This document shows positions 1 through 14,170 of a DNA stretch of 64,000 nucleotides, piece by piece (position 1 is the stretch's first letter; every line of letters starts with the position of its first letter). The translations under genes were made by a program, and so were the position numbers. This DNA comes from Tubiluchus corallicola. Its lineage: Eukaryota > Animalia > Priapulida. The notes beneath the pieces were generated by a model. It had not been told where the DNA came from. It saw only the letters and a list, made by a program, of their open reading frames with translations, and searched no databases. The stretch is taken from assembly GCA_030141605.1 (NCBI GenBank), contig JAQGDQ010000892.1, positions 19,251 through 83,250 of the forward strand. Reading direction: 5' to 3'.

Positions 1-16
1 CAATAGTAGTAGTAGT

Positions 17-51
<35 letters not shown>

Positions 52-138
52 CATCAGCAGCAACAGTAGCAGCAGCAGTAGTAATTAAAATCTGCAGTAG
101 CAGTAGTAATTAGAATCTGTAGCAATAGTAGCAGTAGT

Positions 139-181
<43 letters not shown>

Positions 182-297
182 ATTAGAATGTGCAGCAACA
201 GTAGTACTAGTAGCAGCAGTAGCAGTAGCAGTAGCAGCAGCAGCAGCAGTAGCAGTAGCAGTAGTAATTAGAATGTGCAGCAACAGTACTAGCACCA
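1..297. repeat. Compound (AGT)n/(AGC)n trinucleotide microsatellite
   Basis: Direct reading: agt/agc runs interrupted by repeated 'taattagaat(c/g)tg' motifs. Confidence 0.95.
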
Positions 298-1164
298 ACG
301 TTGATATTCTTTAGTTGTGAATCCAGCTCTGTAGATTTATGACGTTGGCTTCATTTCATAAGCAAATCACATTATCACAGGCTGGCAAGATTTAAGAAAC
401 TGACTAAACGATAAATATTTACTTCAATAAGTTGAGCAGAAATATTAATCATATAATCCTGCTTGATATTAAAAAAATGACGAAATGAACGGACGGAGAG
501 ACAGACAAACGGCCACTAAGACAGACTAGCATAGAGACAAGCAGCCAGGCAAAAAGGCAGACAATAAAAAGAGAAGCATGCAAACGCGTGGGCAAGTAAA
601 CAAATCTAGAAGATGTAGATGAAAATAGTACTTGTTTGAATCTATTCATGAATACGTACATTTATCTATGGCCTGAAGTCATAGAGCTAAGTCTAGCCAG
701 TTGAGTGACCGGCTCGTGAAAATTGAATTGAAGTAAATTGAGACTGAAACAAATTACGTCACACGTAATATAGCTGCGTATTTTGTAACGTGCAATAAGC
801 TAGTAACATTATCGAACTAGACTCTGGTGGCCTACGGCAATATGGGTAATCTTCAAAACAATTCATCAGATACGCGAAAACAACGAAAATGGAATGAAAG
901 AGAAATTTTGAGGTCTATTCTTTCAATCCAGCCAAGTTTCTTTATGTGACATTTAAGCACAAAGAACTTTACAGACGAGAAAGGAGAAAACATACTTTGC
1001 TCCACCTAGCGGGAAACAATTCACGTTGCTTAATATAATTAATTACAACAATTTTTAAGGTATTCGGTATTCAGTACGAATGAGTTATAAGCGTAGTGAA
1101 TGCAGTAACTTCGGACTGCTTATTTGACGCAGGAAAAAATGTGGCTCTCTCTGGCCGGATAATG

Positions 1165-1494
1165 ACCTTTTGAGGCTCCCAGGCTAATGAAATTATGTAC
1201 TCCCCTCAGATGGAACCGCCCCTCAACTAACCCACACCTGTCCTGAATATAATTATTTTACTTACGATATACTATCACCTTTTGAGGCTCCCAGGCTAAT
1301 GAAATTATGTATTCCCTCAGATGGAACCGCCCCTCAACTCACCCACACCTGTCCTGAATATAATTATTTTACTTACGATATATTATCACCTTTTGAGGCT
1401 CCCAGGCTAATGAAATTATGTACTCCCCTCAGATGGAACCGCCCCTCAACTCACCCACACCTGTCCTGAATATAATTATTTTACTTACGATATA
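1165..1494. repeat. Tandem repeat, ~111-bp unit x3
   Basis: 'accttttgaggctcccaggctaatgaaattatgt...' starts at 1165, 1277 and 1388; copies near-identical. Confidence 0.95.
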
Positions 1495-1773
1495 TTTTAG
1501 GGATATTAGCACAGGTTTGTCAATAAAAATATTCTTTAAGAAAAAGCACTATTTTACTATTTATTGCAAATCAAATTAGCACGTATTTCAACACAGTGAA
1601 AATCTGAATTGTTGCCTAATTGCCCCCCCCCCCAAGCTGCAGCCTATACTAGCATATAAGATAATCCCTGATGTCAGTGAATCGTAGCTAAACCAAGATC
1701 ACCACAGAACATCTTCAGTTTCAGATAAAAGCTCCATCCACAACAAATGTAGAAACGCCGACAGGGTCATTAG

Positions 1774-2261
1774 CAGGGTGCATAAGATTATGGATATGTA
1801 TAAAATAAATAAAATAGCTTATTTTATGGATTTTTGAAATTTTATTTTATGGATATCAATAAAATAAGAAATAGACTATATCTGGAACGAGATGCCCAGG
1901 GGGAAATCAATTAAAAAGTAAAAACAGGAGGCTTGAAACATGTTTTTAAACACGCAGGACTTAGTTTTAATTTTATCGGTTTCACATCGCTTCAAATTTA
2001 ATCAAATTTTACGAGACAATGCCTTGTAATTCATCACTTCAGTTCAAATAATTCATCTATTTGGTACGAATGTAGAATGCCCTCTAGGCTGAAGTTTCTG
2101 ACCCAATGCCTGTATTCAGTTTTGATTGCCTTATTTTGTACAAAAAAATCTCAAGAAAATGTTTTTTTATTTTATGCATTTCTTATTTTATGGATTTTTC
2201 AAATTTTATTCTATGGATTTTTAGTCTTATTTTATGAATATCCATAATCTTATGCAGCCTG
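1774..2261. mobile_element. hAT-type non-autonomous element (MITE), 488 bp
   Basis: TIRs cagggtgcataagattatggatat / atatccataatcttatgcagcctg; 8-bp TSD gtcattag (1766-1773) / gttattag (2262-2269); CAGG termini plus 8-bp TSD are hAT hallmarks. Confidence 0.85.
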
Positions 2262-2584
2262 GTTATTAGTGAAGCCAATGAACGGAGAAGTGAAAGCAAA
2301 AGGAGACCTGAATTGATGTATGCAAAACACTTTGATGCTTGTAGAGGTCTTTAATTATCTACGAGTTGCAGCAAGTTTACTAATTTATTGACACAGTTCT
2401 GACGCGCTGGACGAAATTAATATTCATTCTCATTCAAGTAACGTCATTGACCATGAACCACGTTATTAACCACATCAGGTTTTCCTTTACTCTCCTAATT
2501 AACTGTTACACACTCACCATGATCTAAATTTACGTTTAAATAACTGTTAACTCTTTCATTACAGCAATGATTAAATTACCTTAA

Positions 2585-3164
2585 AGCAAAACCAGATCCA
2601 ATCTTAAACTGTAGGGCAAAACAATCTACATTTCAAATTATTGAAAAGAAATATGCTATTTTTTCAAAAATGACCTACGTGAAAGAATTATTACCACACA
2701 AACACAATTTCACGTTCACGCTACTAGTTCTTCGCTGTTATATGCAATTTGCCATTCTCTAGTTAGACGGGCACTAGCGCCTGCATTTCGGAAATGCGTT
2801 CCACAAAAAAAAACAGGTGCTGTACCTCTCAGTTCTGATGTGTTGGTTTGTCAGCTTCGTTCGGCAGCTCAGGAGTGAGAACAGCTATAAATTTCTAAAT
2901 TTTAATTTTAATTTGAAAACTTGCGTTGTTTTAGTACAACACATTGAATACCTAACAGTAGTTCTACAGACATGTCGCGGAATATTTTTGCTGTTGAAAA
3001 TTATGTTAGTTTGTGATGTCATCAATCGTTGGACTCGTCCACCGTTAATTAAGTTTTTAATCTATCACTTAATTATCAGAAACGCTTTTCCAGTATTAAT
3101 TGTGCTAAAACTTTTTATCGGACTTGAAAATGGGGTAGGACATGAAAATTCACCCTATTTTTCT
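2585..3164 (+). mobile_element. Dispersed repeat family A, TTAA-flanked Kolobok-like non-autonomous element
   Basis: TTAA at 2581-2584 and 3165-3168, AG...CT termini; homologous copies near 7.2-7.4, 13.7-14.0, 36.1-36.7, 43.4-43.7 and 50.9-51.5 kb. Superfamily label is inferred from TTAA plus purine termini. Confidence 0.7.
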
Positions 3165-3643
3165 TTAACTAGGTGTTAACTCTTTCACTACAGCAGTGTT
3201 GACATTGACTTAAACTAAAACAGAAATGCTTCCTTCACACACGCTAGCAACTCGTCAAATAATTCCAAAGTTTTTCATTACAGTTGATTTGTTAGTTAAA
3301 TTAAAAGGGGCTTATGAGTGAACCCTGGAGAACACCATCAACACTTAACGTGTTGAAACAGGCTGTGTGGAGTGTCTGCGTCAGTCACTTTAGAAAATCT
3401 TGCCAAAGGCTCTTACTGCATATTAAATTTAGCTGCCATAGTCAGTAATAAAATTCATCTTTCTTGATGAAATTGTCATACCCGAGTGAGTCGTAAACTG
3501 CACAAAATAAGCGGATGTTTAAAGTCAATTTTCGCACAAATGACGGCGTTTTCTTTAAGAGGGTCTGCATAAGTATGTAGCTGAATTGAAATAGTTTACA
3601 GGTTTACGCAACTAAGATTATTTTAATAGTGTGATTGCAAACC

Positions 3644-4346
3644 AAAACCGTCTATAAGTCGGCACAGCTAAAACCACGTTATGATGCATCAAAGTAGAAT
3701 GTACCAAAAATTTGGTCAAATGTTGATTTTTTATTTTTTATGAAAACAAATGCTAAATATATTCTAGCATATGATATTCATATTCTAGCATCGAATTATC
3801 AGGAAAATGTTCAAAACGTACTAAAAATCTTATATTTTACATAATAATATAAATATTATATCTTATATCTTATATACTAAAAAATTTTATAACTCCTCAC
3901 CCACTTTTCCGTCTTGAAATTAGTACAGCAATTCAAAAAAATATATATTTTCAAACTCCGATTGTAGCTCGTGGAAGTAGCGATTTTGCTTCGGGTTTTT
4001 TCTGCTGACAAGACCAGATTTTGGCCAGGAGGAGGAGGAGGAGGAGGATCTACTGGATTTAAACGTAACTCCAATTTGCTCTTGTAAAGTCCATAGCAAC
4101 CACTCTTTCGTACGGTTGCTAAGTGTTTTGTAGAGACGAGACAAAAAACAATGGCTAACTTTAACAGAGATTTCCTCAAGATTATGTTTTTCTGTGTGGA
4201 GTCTGCACCTCAACTTCAACGTGGATTATCTCAGCTAAGAAATAACATAGAATGATGAACTTGGTATCAAGATGATCCTCATGAAATGGAGATTCAGGAT
4301 ATGTGAATAAGTAGACAAGCTTAATTGCCGGTTTATGGACGATTTT
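3644..4346. mobile_element. Possible degenerate TIR element
   Basis: Imperfect inverted ends aaaaccgtctataagtcggca / tgccggtttatggacgatttt; no clear TSD. Confidence 0.35.
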
Positions 4347-7022
4347 AATATGCAAGCCACAATTAAAATTAGGTTTACATGAAATTATTTGTCTTCTTTA
4401 CTACTATGAGATAAATGTGCTTATTTAATGAATCGTTACATTACAGGCAAACAAGACAGCTTTAAACAACAGCGAAAGAGACGTTTACAACTATTAAAAA
4501 TAGCTATCACAAGAATGTTACATGAAGTAGTATTAATAACTCTGTGCGCAACTGTATCTAGATTTTATTCAGTCACGGTTTATTTGGACACGATTTGTTT
4601 AGATTTTATGATACGTGTGGACGTCTGTAGGGTGAGGAGAACTTATTAATGTGTGGGCGACTTTTTAACGAATTGACTTGAATCCAAATATTATTAAATG
4701 CCACTGAACCGATAAAATCGATGATTGCCGATCTCAACTGAACCGATTTAACATCATTAAAACTAACAACTCGGTACCGAATATCGAATGCTGATACTAA
4801 TTCGTTATTATCAACAGACAACATTTATTATCTTTTTGTGTATTTTCTAACTGTTAGCGTGATTTTGTTTATTTATTTATTTAATAAAATGTTCATACAT
4901 ATAATGAAATTTATCTTGCTAAAGGATCACAAGATGTATGCTAATAAAGAGGACCGGTTAAAATGGATGCAGGAGCTACACAGAGTGAAATAACTGCATT
5001 CTTATGCCTGGAAATGTACAAATGTTTGAAAAGTCGATATTCATTAATCTTTGACTGAATAATTCACAGGAGGCTTCATTTATCAGTGGTCATTTACATG
5101 GCTTCACTTAACTGAGAACTCTCGGAGACTTCAAACTCTTCCTATTAACCAAAGATATAAAATAGATACAGTAGGACCTACCGCTAATTGTTTTGACTAA
5201 TTCCTACCTCAAACTGACTACCTCTAATTATACTGACATTGCCAACATTGCCATGCGACTGTAAGTAGTGCAACTACACACTTGCATTGTTTTTTTACTC
5301 GCCCCTAGATGGCAGGCAAAAAATTTCTCAGTCACCATAGCAACGCCAACTTTAGCAACGCCCATTCCGGCAGTGTGATGTTAGAGGCTACAGCAGGACA
5401 ATGGACATATCAGCTGCGTGTCACAAACACCATACCAGCCTATTGTTCCAGCTAAGCAGTGGCTTGCTGCTGTGTGAAATTTTACATAATTTTTTTACAA
5501 ATATAATTAGTTTATGTCCTCCATTTGCATAAATAACATATTCCAGCTGGATATTTCATTAGCTATTTGAAGATGCTTTTGTTTAAGTAGGCAATTATTT
5601 TAACTACTACAGGAAAATCTCCCGGCACATAACGAAAAACGTTTCATTTGTTGAACAAAACAGCATAAAACACTTAATAAATTTACTGAAAATGCAAAGA
5701 ACCCAAAAATGATCTTGACACAAAAATGCGATCATTAAAAAGCTTAAGAACGCCTCTTAATAGATCCATTGGCTGTTTTTACCAGCAAATACTCAATTGT
5801 AACAAAATTAATGCATATTGTGTGGAAAGTGAAATTTCTCAATGGTCAGCAAGTTAATCAGACACAACAATGAAACTTGAAATTGCACTATTTGCCGTCA
5901 CATGGCACTTCAGATTAGTTTGAGGTAAAGGTAGAGGTGGACAAACCAAACCGATTCGTAATGCATCTGTTACCGAATTATCGGTTTTCATAAAAATCGG
6001 CACGTAATTTTGATAAGAGACCGGCAGTTTTAGCTCTCTGATTCGACTGCAAAAGCACTTGTGAAGAAAGACGAAGTCCTCTTTGACATTAGCAACTGCT
6101 GTTTGACTTGTTTCTAAATAAATCAGAAGTTTTTTCTCTCGATTAGCTGAACTGAAAGTTCGCCTTTGTTTTCCTAATTAGTAAACGCCATCAGTTGTTA
6201 GAAAATTACGAGACCAATTGCTCCTAATTATCCAAAGTATTCAGCAAAAGCGCTGCGCTTGAAAATCAATTAGCTAATGACGAGAGGACTTTAACACGAT
6301 TTGAGCTGCACGTTGAAGGTGGAATAACTTAATCTCAGCTGAAGCAAATGAGGAGTGTTTTGCAAATACTGTAAAATCCATGAAGAAAATTCAGCATCTT
6401 AGTAAGTAAGTACAACATCTTAATTTGCCATAACATACACTCATAACTCGGTTTACCGGAGAAAAGTGGGGAGACCTCGGTCCGAATTTGCCAACTGTCG
6501 GTATTTTCCGATACTAAGCTAATACAGTAGACTCACGGCAATGTAGAATCAATCACCAAATTGTCTCAAAAACGTCTTGTACCTGCCGCTTCTTGCAAAA
6601 GTATATAAAAGTGTCAGTGCAATAGTATATTTATCTGTATATATATATCTGTACATATTGTAATTTTTTTCGTAACTAGTTCTAGTGGCCTACCATAAGC
6701 TAGCTTCTTAGGTCTCTAGCGCAGAATTCATGAATTGTATCATAATTTTGTATTAACAAAAACTGATTATCGATGCACATGTAATGTATATGTATATGTT
6801 TATTGCGAAATATAAAAACTGTCGGCAATTGACTCAACTAACTCCGCATAATTGACTCTATATTTTTATACGTAGAGATACACGTGGTTACACTTACGTA
6901 CGTGATGTAAACAAAGTGACGGCCTGCCAACTAGCGGTCAGCTCGCGAAACAACGGACTGTGTCCGTAATATGTGGGAATTTTAACAGTCAAGATTCTGT
7001 CCGAATTTTCCGATATCCTTAA

Positions 7023-7403
7023 AAGAGAGGTCGGGCAAACTGAGATATGGGAACATTGAGAGTCATAACAAAATATCAGTGAAAGTTTTGTGATACTTGA
7101 AATAGCAAAAAACGTACAGTGTAGGAGGTAAATGCATCAGTGCATAATCAAAACTACTTGTGCACAAAATAAAACATAACTTAAAGCTTAAATTTTTAGT
7201 ACAAGTTTTGGTACAACATGGACTATCTTACAGTAGCGCTGTACTTGAATTTTTGCTTTGCAAACACGAGCAACACGCTCATGGAATGTTTTTCCTTTTG
7301 AAAATTATTGGCAATGAGTTTACTGTATTATTGGTGGTAAAATGTATAGTTTTTACATTACTTGGAAATGGGGGTAGGATATGAAAAATCATCCTGTCTT
7401 CCT
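7023..7403 (+). mobile_element. Family A variant (Kolobok-like)
   Basis: Ends 'atgaaaaatcatcctgtcttcct|ttaa'; shares 'ggtcgggcaaactgagatatgg...gagagtcataac' with the inverted copy at 13.7-14.2 kb. Confidence 0.65.
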
Positions 7404-7407
7404 TTAA

Positions 7408-8075
7408 AGGACAAGAAAAGGGGCACCTAACGTAGTTTTCAGGTTTAAAAATTATATTACTTTACAGCAATTTTATGCGTATATCGTACTTGCGTTGAAA
7501 GGATTTTTGGTTTGTTTTCATTTTAAATCTCCCGCAATACTATTCCGATAGCGCCATTACATGACGTCATATAGGCACAACGTAAATCAGGGGAAGAAAA
7601 GGAAATGTTAAATTATGTCCCAAAAAAAACCTTCCATGCAAATCTATAGCATTTCATTTACCTACCGGAAAGAATCATGTAACTAGAAAACAAAATTATT
7701 AATTATTTAAAATGTTTTCACCAATTGGTAAAATGTCGCTGATTCACATTCCAGGGTGCACCACTCACTAACCAAATACCTATTTTTAATCTTATTGACA
7801 AGATACAGTAACTTTAAATTTACCTAGTTAGCGACGTGTGCGCTACGAATGCTCTCAATATTTTTTCAAAACTTACATTAATGTTATCTAAACTTGTTTC
7901 AAATGGCTTAACGACAAAATGGCTGCGTCGAACGGTCATCGCGGGAGTTTAAATTTAATGTTTATACAGCGTTACTGCCAACACAAGCCCTGTATGCAAA
8001 AAGGCATGATGTAAGTGATATAAAATTTCAAAACGAATTTTTAAGCATTAAGAAAGTGGAGGGTTTTCTTGTGCT
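7408..8075 (+). mobile_element. Dispersed repeat family B, TTAA-flanked Kolobok-like element
   Basis: ttaa|aggacaagaaaa ... ttttcttgtgct|ttga; second copy at ~55123-55648. Confidence 0.7.
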
Positions 8076-8369
8076 TTGAGTCTAAAACAGCCTCATTACT
8101 TGCAGTTCTTTGCTAATGGTGACTTCTAGTAGAGTCTCAGCGCTGAGATCCTGCGTAAGTTATTGTTGTATTGCGTGTTTGTAGATGTCTATTGACTAGT
8201 GATCATGTAAATGAATCTTCGCTGATTCATGTTTAACTCAAGGTTGTTGTGTCGAAGCTGTTGAAGTGTCCTGTTTCGGTTTGTAGGTAGAAGTGTGTGT
8301 GGGTAGAATAGTCGTAGTCGGCAACGGTGCTTAGAGAAGGCGGGGGAGAGGAGGCAGATGAAGGTAGAG

Positions 8370-8865
<496 letters not shown>

Positions 8866-9253
8866 TTATTTATTCCAATAGACTTTCTTGGTGCAAATAA
8901 AGAAACCAAACTGTGCTCTGAACGCTAGAGTTTACATCTTGGATCCCGATGTGCTCTAATTTTTTAAGGTTATTAATTTCTTATCAGGTCGTCTTTGTAC
9001 TTTTGATAAACAGCCGCCAGGTGCCGCAAGTTTATGAAGCTGCCTTATTTACCTCACGTGCTTATTAGAAAAATTTTGAAGCAAAAGATGAAGATGCTTT
9101 TTTCCCTGAAATTACGCAGAAATTCAGGGATGAAGGGTATGTGTTTGAAAGCAGCGGATGTTTCATATTTCTGGACGTTTGACCTTCGCTTCTAGGTCAC
9201 GATTTGTTCTAAATTTTAGCTTGAACGCTTCAAAGAAAAGGATTCATTTTGAT

Positions 9254-9656
9254 GCTTTTTCGCAGTTCCAGCTACTAATTATGATTTGTGGAAAGGTCAG
9301 AGGTTAAGTGTACCAGACAATGCATTTGTGTACAATTGACAATGCTTCACAGCCCATGCTATTGTAATAGTAACAGTTTTAACAGTTAGCTAGAAATTTA
9401 CCTAGTTCATTTTTTCTTGTTCTCAAGCAAGATTCTGCTAGTATCACTCTACGCACAGACTAGTGCATAATTAAGTTAATTCCACGTGAAACAACTGAAG
9501 TTACTGAACAAATGCGGCAGACAGCTTTGCTTTACACACACATGTCACGTGATGGTTGTAGTTAAGATTATTGTACACAACGGTACGCGTTGCTATGGTA
9601 CACTTAACCTTTGACCTATATCTACTGCGCGTGCGTGCAAGGAAACTTTGAAAAGG
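9254..9656 (-). mobile_element. Dispersed repeat family C MITE (~380 bp)
   Basis: Reverse-complement homolog of 61814-62197; family TIR agccttttcacagtt / aactgtgaaaaggct. Confidence 0.8.
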
Positions 9657-10659
9657 TAATTGCTTTCTGGTGTTTTAATAAATTCAAAGACAGACAACGA
9701 AAATAACATTCAAGTACAAAAAAGAATAGTAAAGGTGAAAGGAAAGGGAAAGAGAAGGCATCATTAAAGAGAGAAAGAAGAAAAAATGACAAAGAATTAA
9801 TGAAAGAGCGAAAGACAAACAGACAACAAAAAGAAGAAAGAAAAGAAAGGTAGAAAAAGAAAGAAAATGAGGGAAAAAGAAAGAAAGACAGAAAGATAAA
9901 AAGAAACAAAAAGGAAAAAAGCGAAAAAGGGAAAAGAAATCAGAAAAGAAGAAAGAAGAAAGAAAAGAAAGAAAAAATGTCACCCACCCAGCTGCAGAAT
10001 TTTTCCAACATGTTTCCCCGCCGTTCCAGAATTCTTTGCAGCTTATAATAGGCCTAGATGCGGAAGTATCTCCACTTCCTGTACTTCCTATAAACGCCAC
10101 ATGGTAACATTGCAGTCAGTTTGAGAACACGCACACTTCTGCATCACTGTGGTTGCAAACGATGCGCAAAACACGTCAAAACAACATTCACAGTTGTGAT
10201 AAACACAAGAGCAGCTATTTATTTTGTCAGCTCGTGCAACTTGGTAGAAGGAAATCGTTTGTCTGCCTTCCAGCTTATGCCGGAAGTAGGAAATCTTCCC
10301 GATTTTGAAGGAAATGGTCGAAAACGCGTGGTTTGAACGAGATTCGTGTTTGACAAAACTCTTTACCACCAATTAAATCGAAATTTACGTCAAGTTTCCA
10401 TTGTGACTGTATGAACTGATACAGCAGCTAGTAGCTGATTTGCTTTATCCCGTCAATTCTGTATAAATTTCAATATTTAAATTGTTTTTTAGCTGTCTAA
10501 TTTCTAAAATGAAATTATTTAAATTGTGTAATTTCTAGTACTGTAGATTTTATGACTGGGTATTATATGTTTGCCTTTGTTTGGTTTTAGGGACAACTTC
10601 GACAATAACTAATAGTTTATATTGTTGGCTGAGGTGTCCATTCACGTTAAATAAAGATT

Positions 10660-10679
10660 TAATAATAATAATAATATTA

Positions 10680-10725
<46 letters not shown>

Positions 10726-11475
10726 CAACAACAATAATAATAGTAATAATAATAATAATAACAACAACAACAACAATAATAATAATAATAATAACAACAA
10801 CAACAACAACAACAACAGCAGCAGCAGGAGCATTAGCAGCAGTAACAACAGCAGCAGCAGCAACAACAATAACAATAACAACAACAGCAACAACAGCAGC
10901 AGCAGCAGCAACAGCAACAACAACAACAACAGCAAAGCAACAACAACAACAACAACAGCAAAGCAACAACAACAACAACAGCAAAGCAACAACAACAACA
11001 ACAAGAGCAGCAGCAGCAACAACAACAACAACAACAACAACAAGAGCAACAACAACAACAACAGCAAAGCAACAACAACAACAACAACAACAGCAAAGCA
11101 ACAACAACAACAACAACAACAGCAAAGCAACAACAACAACAACAAGAGCAGCAACAGCAACAACAACAACAACAACAACAACAAGAGCAACAACAACAAC
11201 AGCAAAGCTACAACAACAACAACAACAACAGCAAAGCAACAACAACAACAGCAGCAGCAGCAAAGCAACAACAGCAACAACAACAACAACAACAACAACA
11301 AGAGCAACAACAACAACAGCAAAGCAACAACAACAACAACAACAACAACAACAGCAGCAAAGCTACAACAACAACAACAACAACAACAGCAAAGCAACAA
11401 CAACAACAACAACAGCAGCAGCAAAGCAACCACAACAACAACAAGAGCAACAACAACGACAGCAAGAGCAACACA
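10660..11475. repeat. Compound (AAT)n/(AAC)n/(AGC)n microsatellite with periodic interruptions
   Basis: Direct reading; recurring agcaaagc and aagagc interruptions. Confidence 0.95.
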
Positions 11476-11788
11476 GAGCTAGCATTTCTAAGTTCACATC
11501 TCGCAACTCCGTTCAATTCTCGGTTTTTAACAGTTTCTGAGCAGCTATAAAGTCTTCATTACTGAAGTTTAAAACCATTAATGTCAACTTTGTTTTAGTC
11601 TTTCACATTATAGCCACTTTACTTGATGATCTGATCAGAAACTTTAAACAATGAACGTCTAATTCTAAGCGCAGAACACACCTTTTAATCAGCAGTAAAT
11701 TAAGTATGGTTCAAGTTCAAGTACTTGTAGATGAAAGTTCAAGTACTTGTACTTTACTCAAGGTGAAAGTGATAGCAAATTACGAATA

Positions 11789-12050
11789 AGCTTTTTCACA
11801 GTTCCAGCGAATGATTATGATCGTGATAATGTCAAAGGTTGAGTACGCCAGACAACACATTTGTGTACACTTTACAACGATTCGCAGCCCATACTATTGT
11901 AATAGTAACAGTTTTAACAGCTAGCTAGAATCTCACCTAGTTCATTTTATTCTTGTTTCCAAGCAAGATCCTGCTAGTAAATCACTCAACGACTAATGAA
12001 TAATTAAGTAAAGTCCGTGTAAAACAACCGACGTTACTGAACTGATGTAT
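11789..12050 (-). mobile_element. Family C MITE, partial
   Basis: Starts 'agctttttcacagttcc'; collinear with 9254-9520 and 42100-42360. Confidence 0.75.
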
Positions 12051-12079
12051 ACTAATGGCACAAAACGGTATTTATTAAA

Positions 12080-12098
12080 GACAGACAGACAGAGAGAG

Positions 12099-12184
<86 letters not shown>

Positions 12185-12211
12185 AGAGAGGGAGAGAGTT
12201 GGAGAGAAAGG

Positions 12212-12279
<68 letters not shown>

Positions 12280-12295
12280 AAGCAAGTGTGAGGGA
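12080..12295. repeat. (GA)n microsatellite
   Basis: Direct reading. Confidence 0.95.
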
Positions 12296-12527
12296 GACGA
12301 CATAATAGTGTGAGTAAAACTGAAGAGACTAAATTAGCATACAGTAGACTTGCAAATTCCTAGGCAACCCGCAAGGTGTCCGAGTCTATCTATATTTAGT
12401 CGTTAGTCGTTAGTCAGTATCTGATAGTATCATATGATATCAGCACGTGATATGCACCTGATAGCACAACAATTTGTAGGTTGGGATTAATTGTACTGTT
12501 TCTGTTTTATCAGTCACGTAAATTTGT

Positions 12528-12529
12528 CT

Positions 12530-12581
<52 letters not shown>

Positions 12582-12697
12582 TTTTTCTTTCTTTCTTTCT
12601 TTCTGTCTTTCTTTCCTTCCTTCCTTCCTTCCTTCCTTCATTTTTTCTGTCTGTCTGTCTGTCCGTCCGTCCGTCCGTCCGTCCGTCCGTCCGTCCT

Positions 12698-12729
<32 letters not shown>

Positions 12730-12900
12730 TCATTCGTCCTTTCTTTCTTACTTTTCCTTTTCTTTCTTTTATTCGTTCTTTTTGTCTTTCTGACTTTCTT
12801 TTTTCTCTCATTTTCTTTCTTTTGCTACTCTCCTTTTTCTTCTTATCTCTTTCTATCCGTCTATCGTTCTTCCTTTAATTTGCTGTCCTTTCTCTTTGAC
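12528..12900. repeat. (TTTC)n/(CCGT)n pyrimidine-rich tract
   Basis: Direct reading. Confidence 0.95.
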
Positions 12901-13314
12901 TGACACTCTGTCTTCTAAACATCAGTGATGACGTCAGTGTGCTAAGTTATCAATTAATAGTCCGCCAGGTTAATTGACATTTTGACACCTTCTGGCACGT
13001 TTCACAGTCATTAACAATTCTTTTATACTTTGCTTTTGTGTTGTTTATATCATCATTCAAGCAAACGAGAATGGGGTCGAGTTCCCCCGCAGTTTACTCA
13101 CAACTGGGTCGAGCGCCCTCTTGTTTGGACAGTTTGTTTAGGCAATTCATGTGGATGTTTCGTACTGTTTATGGGTGGGTAGTACATCATGGTACTAGAC
13201 TTGACTATTTCCGTCAATCGTCTTACGGCGTGGTGTTTAGATTTAATGAATGCTCGTGATTGGCTAGTTGTTACTGCACGTTTAAAATATGGAGGGGCTG
13301 AATGATCAACTGAA

Positions 13315-13708
<394 letters not shown>

Positions 13709-13734
13709 TCCTGCCAAGTCAGGTATTCATATAC

Positions 13735-14170
13735 AAAGAAATACAGGATGATTTTTCATATGCTACACCATTTTCAAGTCCGATAAAAATTAAACATTTT
13801 AACACAATTAGTACTACGTTTCTTATAATTAAATGATAGATTAAACGCTTAATTAACGACCGGCGAGCCCAACTGTTGATGACATCACAAACTAACATAA
13901 TTTTCAACAGCAAAAATATTCCACGAGAGTGTTGCACGTGTTTGCAAAAGCGAAAATTGAGGTACAGCGCTACTGTAAGAGATTCCATGTTGTGCCAAAA
14001 CTTGTACTAAAAATTTAGGTTTTAAGTTATATTTTATTTTGCGCGCAAGTAGTTTTGATTATGCACTGATGCATTTACCTGTACGTTTTTTGTTATTTCG
14101 AGTATCACAAAACTTTCACTGATATTTTGTTATGACTCTCAATGTTACCATATCTCAGTCTGCCCGACCA
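13735..14170 (-). mobile_element. Family A variant, inverted
   Basis: Reverse complement of the 7030-7403 sequence and of the 3' half of 2585-3164. Confidence 0.7.

Noticed and set aside
2817-3179. 120-aa ORF with a similar ORF at 13719-13988
   Set aside because: Lies inside the non-coding family A repeat; the frame is not preserved across copies and no domain is recognisable.
10550-11540. Long poly-T/Q/N/L/C ORFs (up to 319 aa)
   Set aside because: Translations of trinucleotide microsatellites, open in several frames on both strands; the same applies at 20.8-21.4, 27.7-28.3, 37.1-37.7, 44.5-45.4 and 47.9-48.5 kb.
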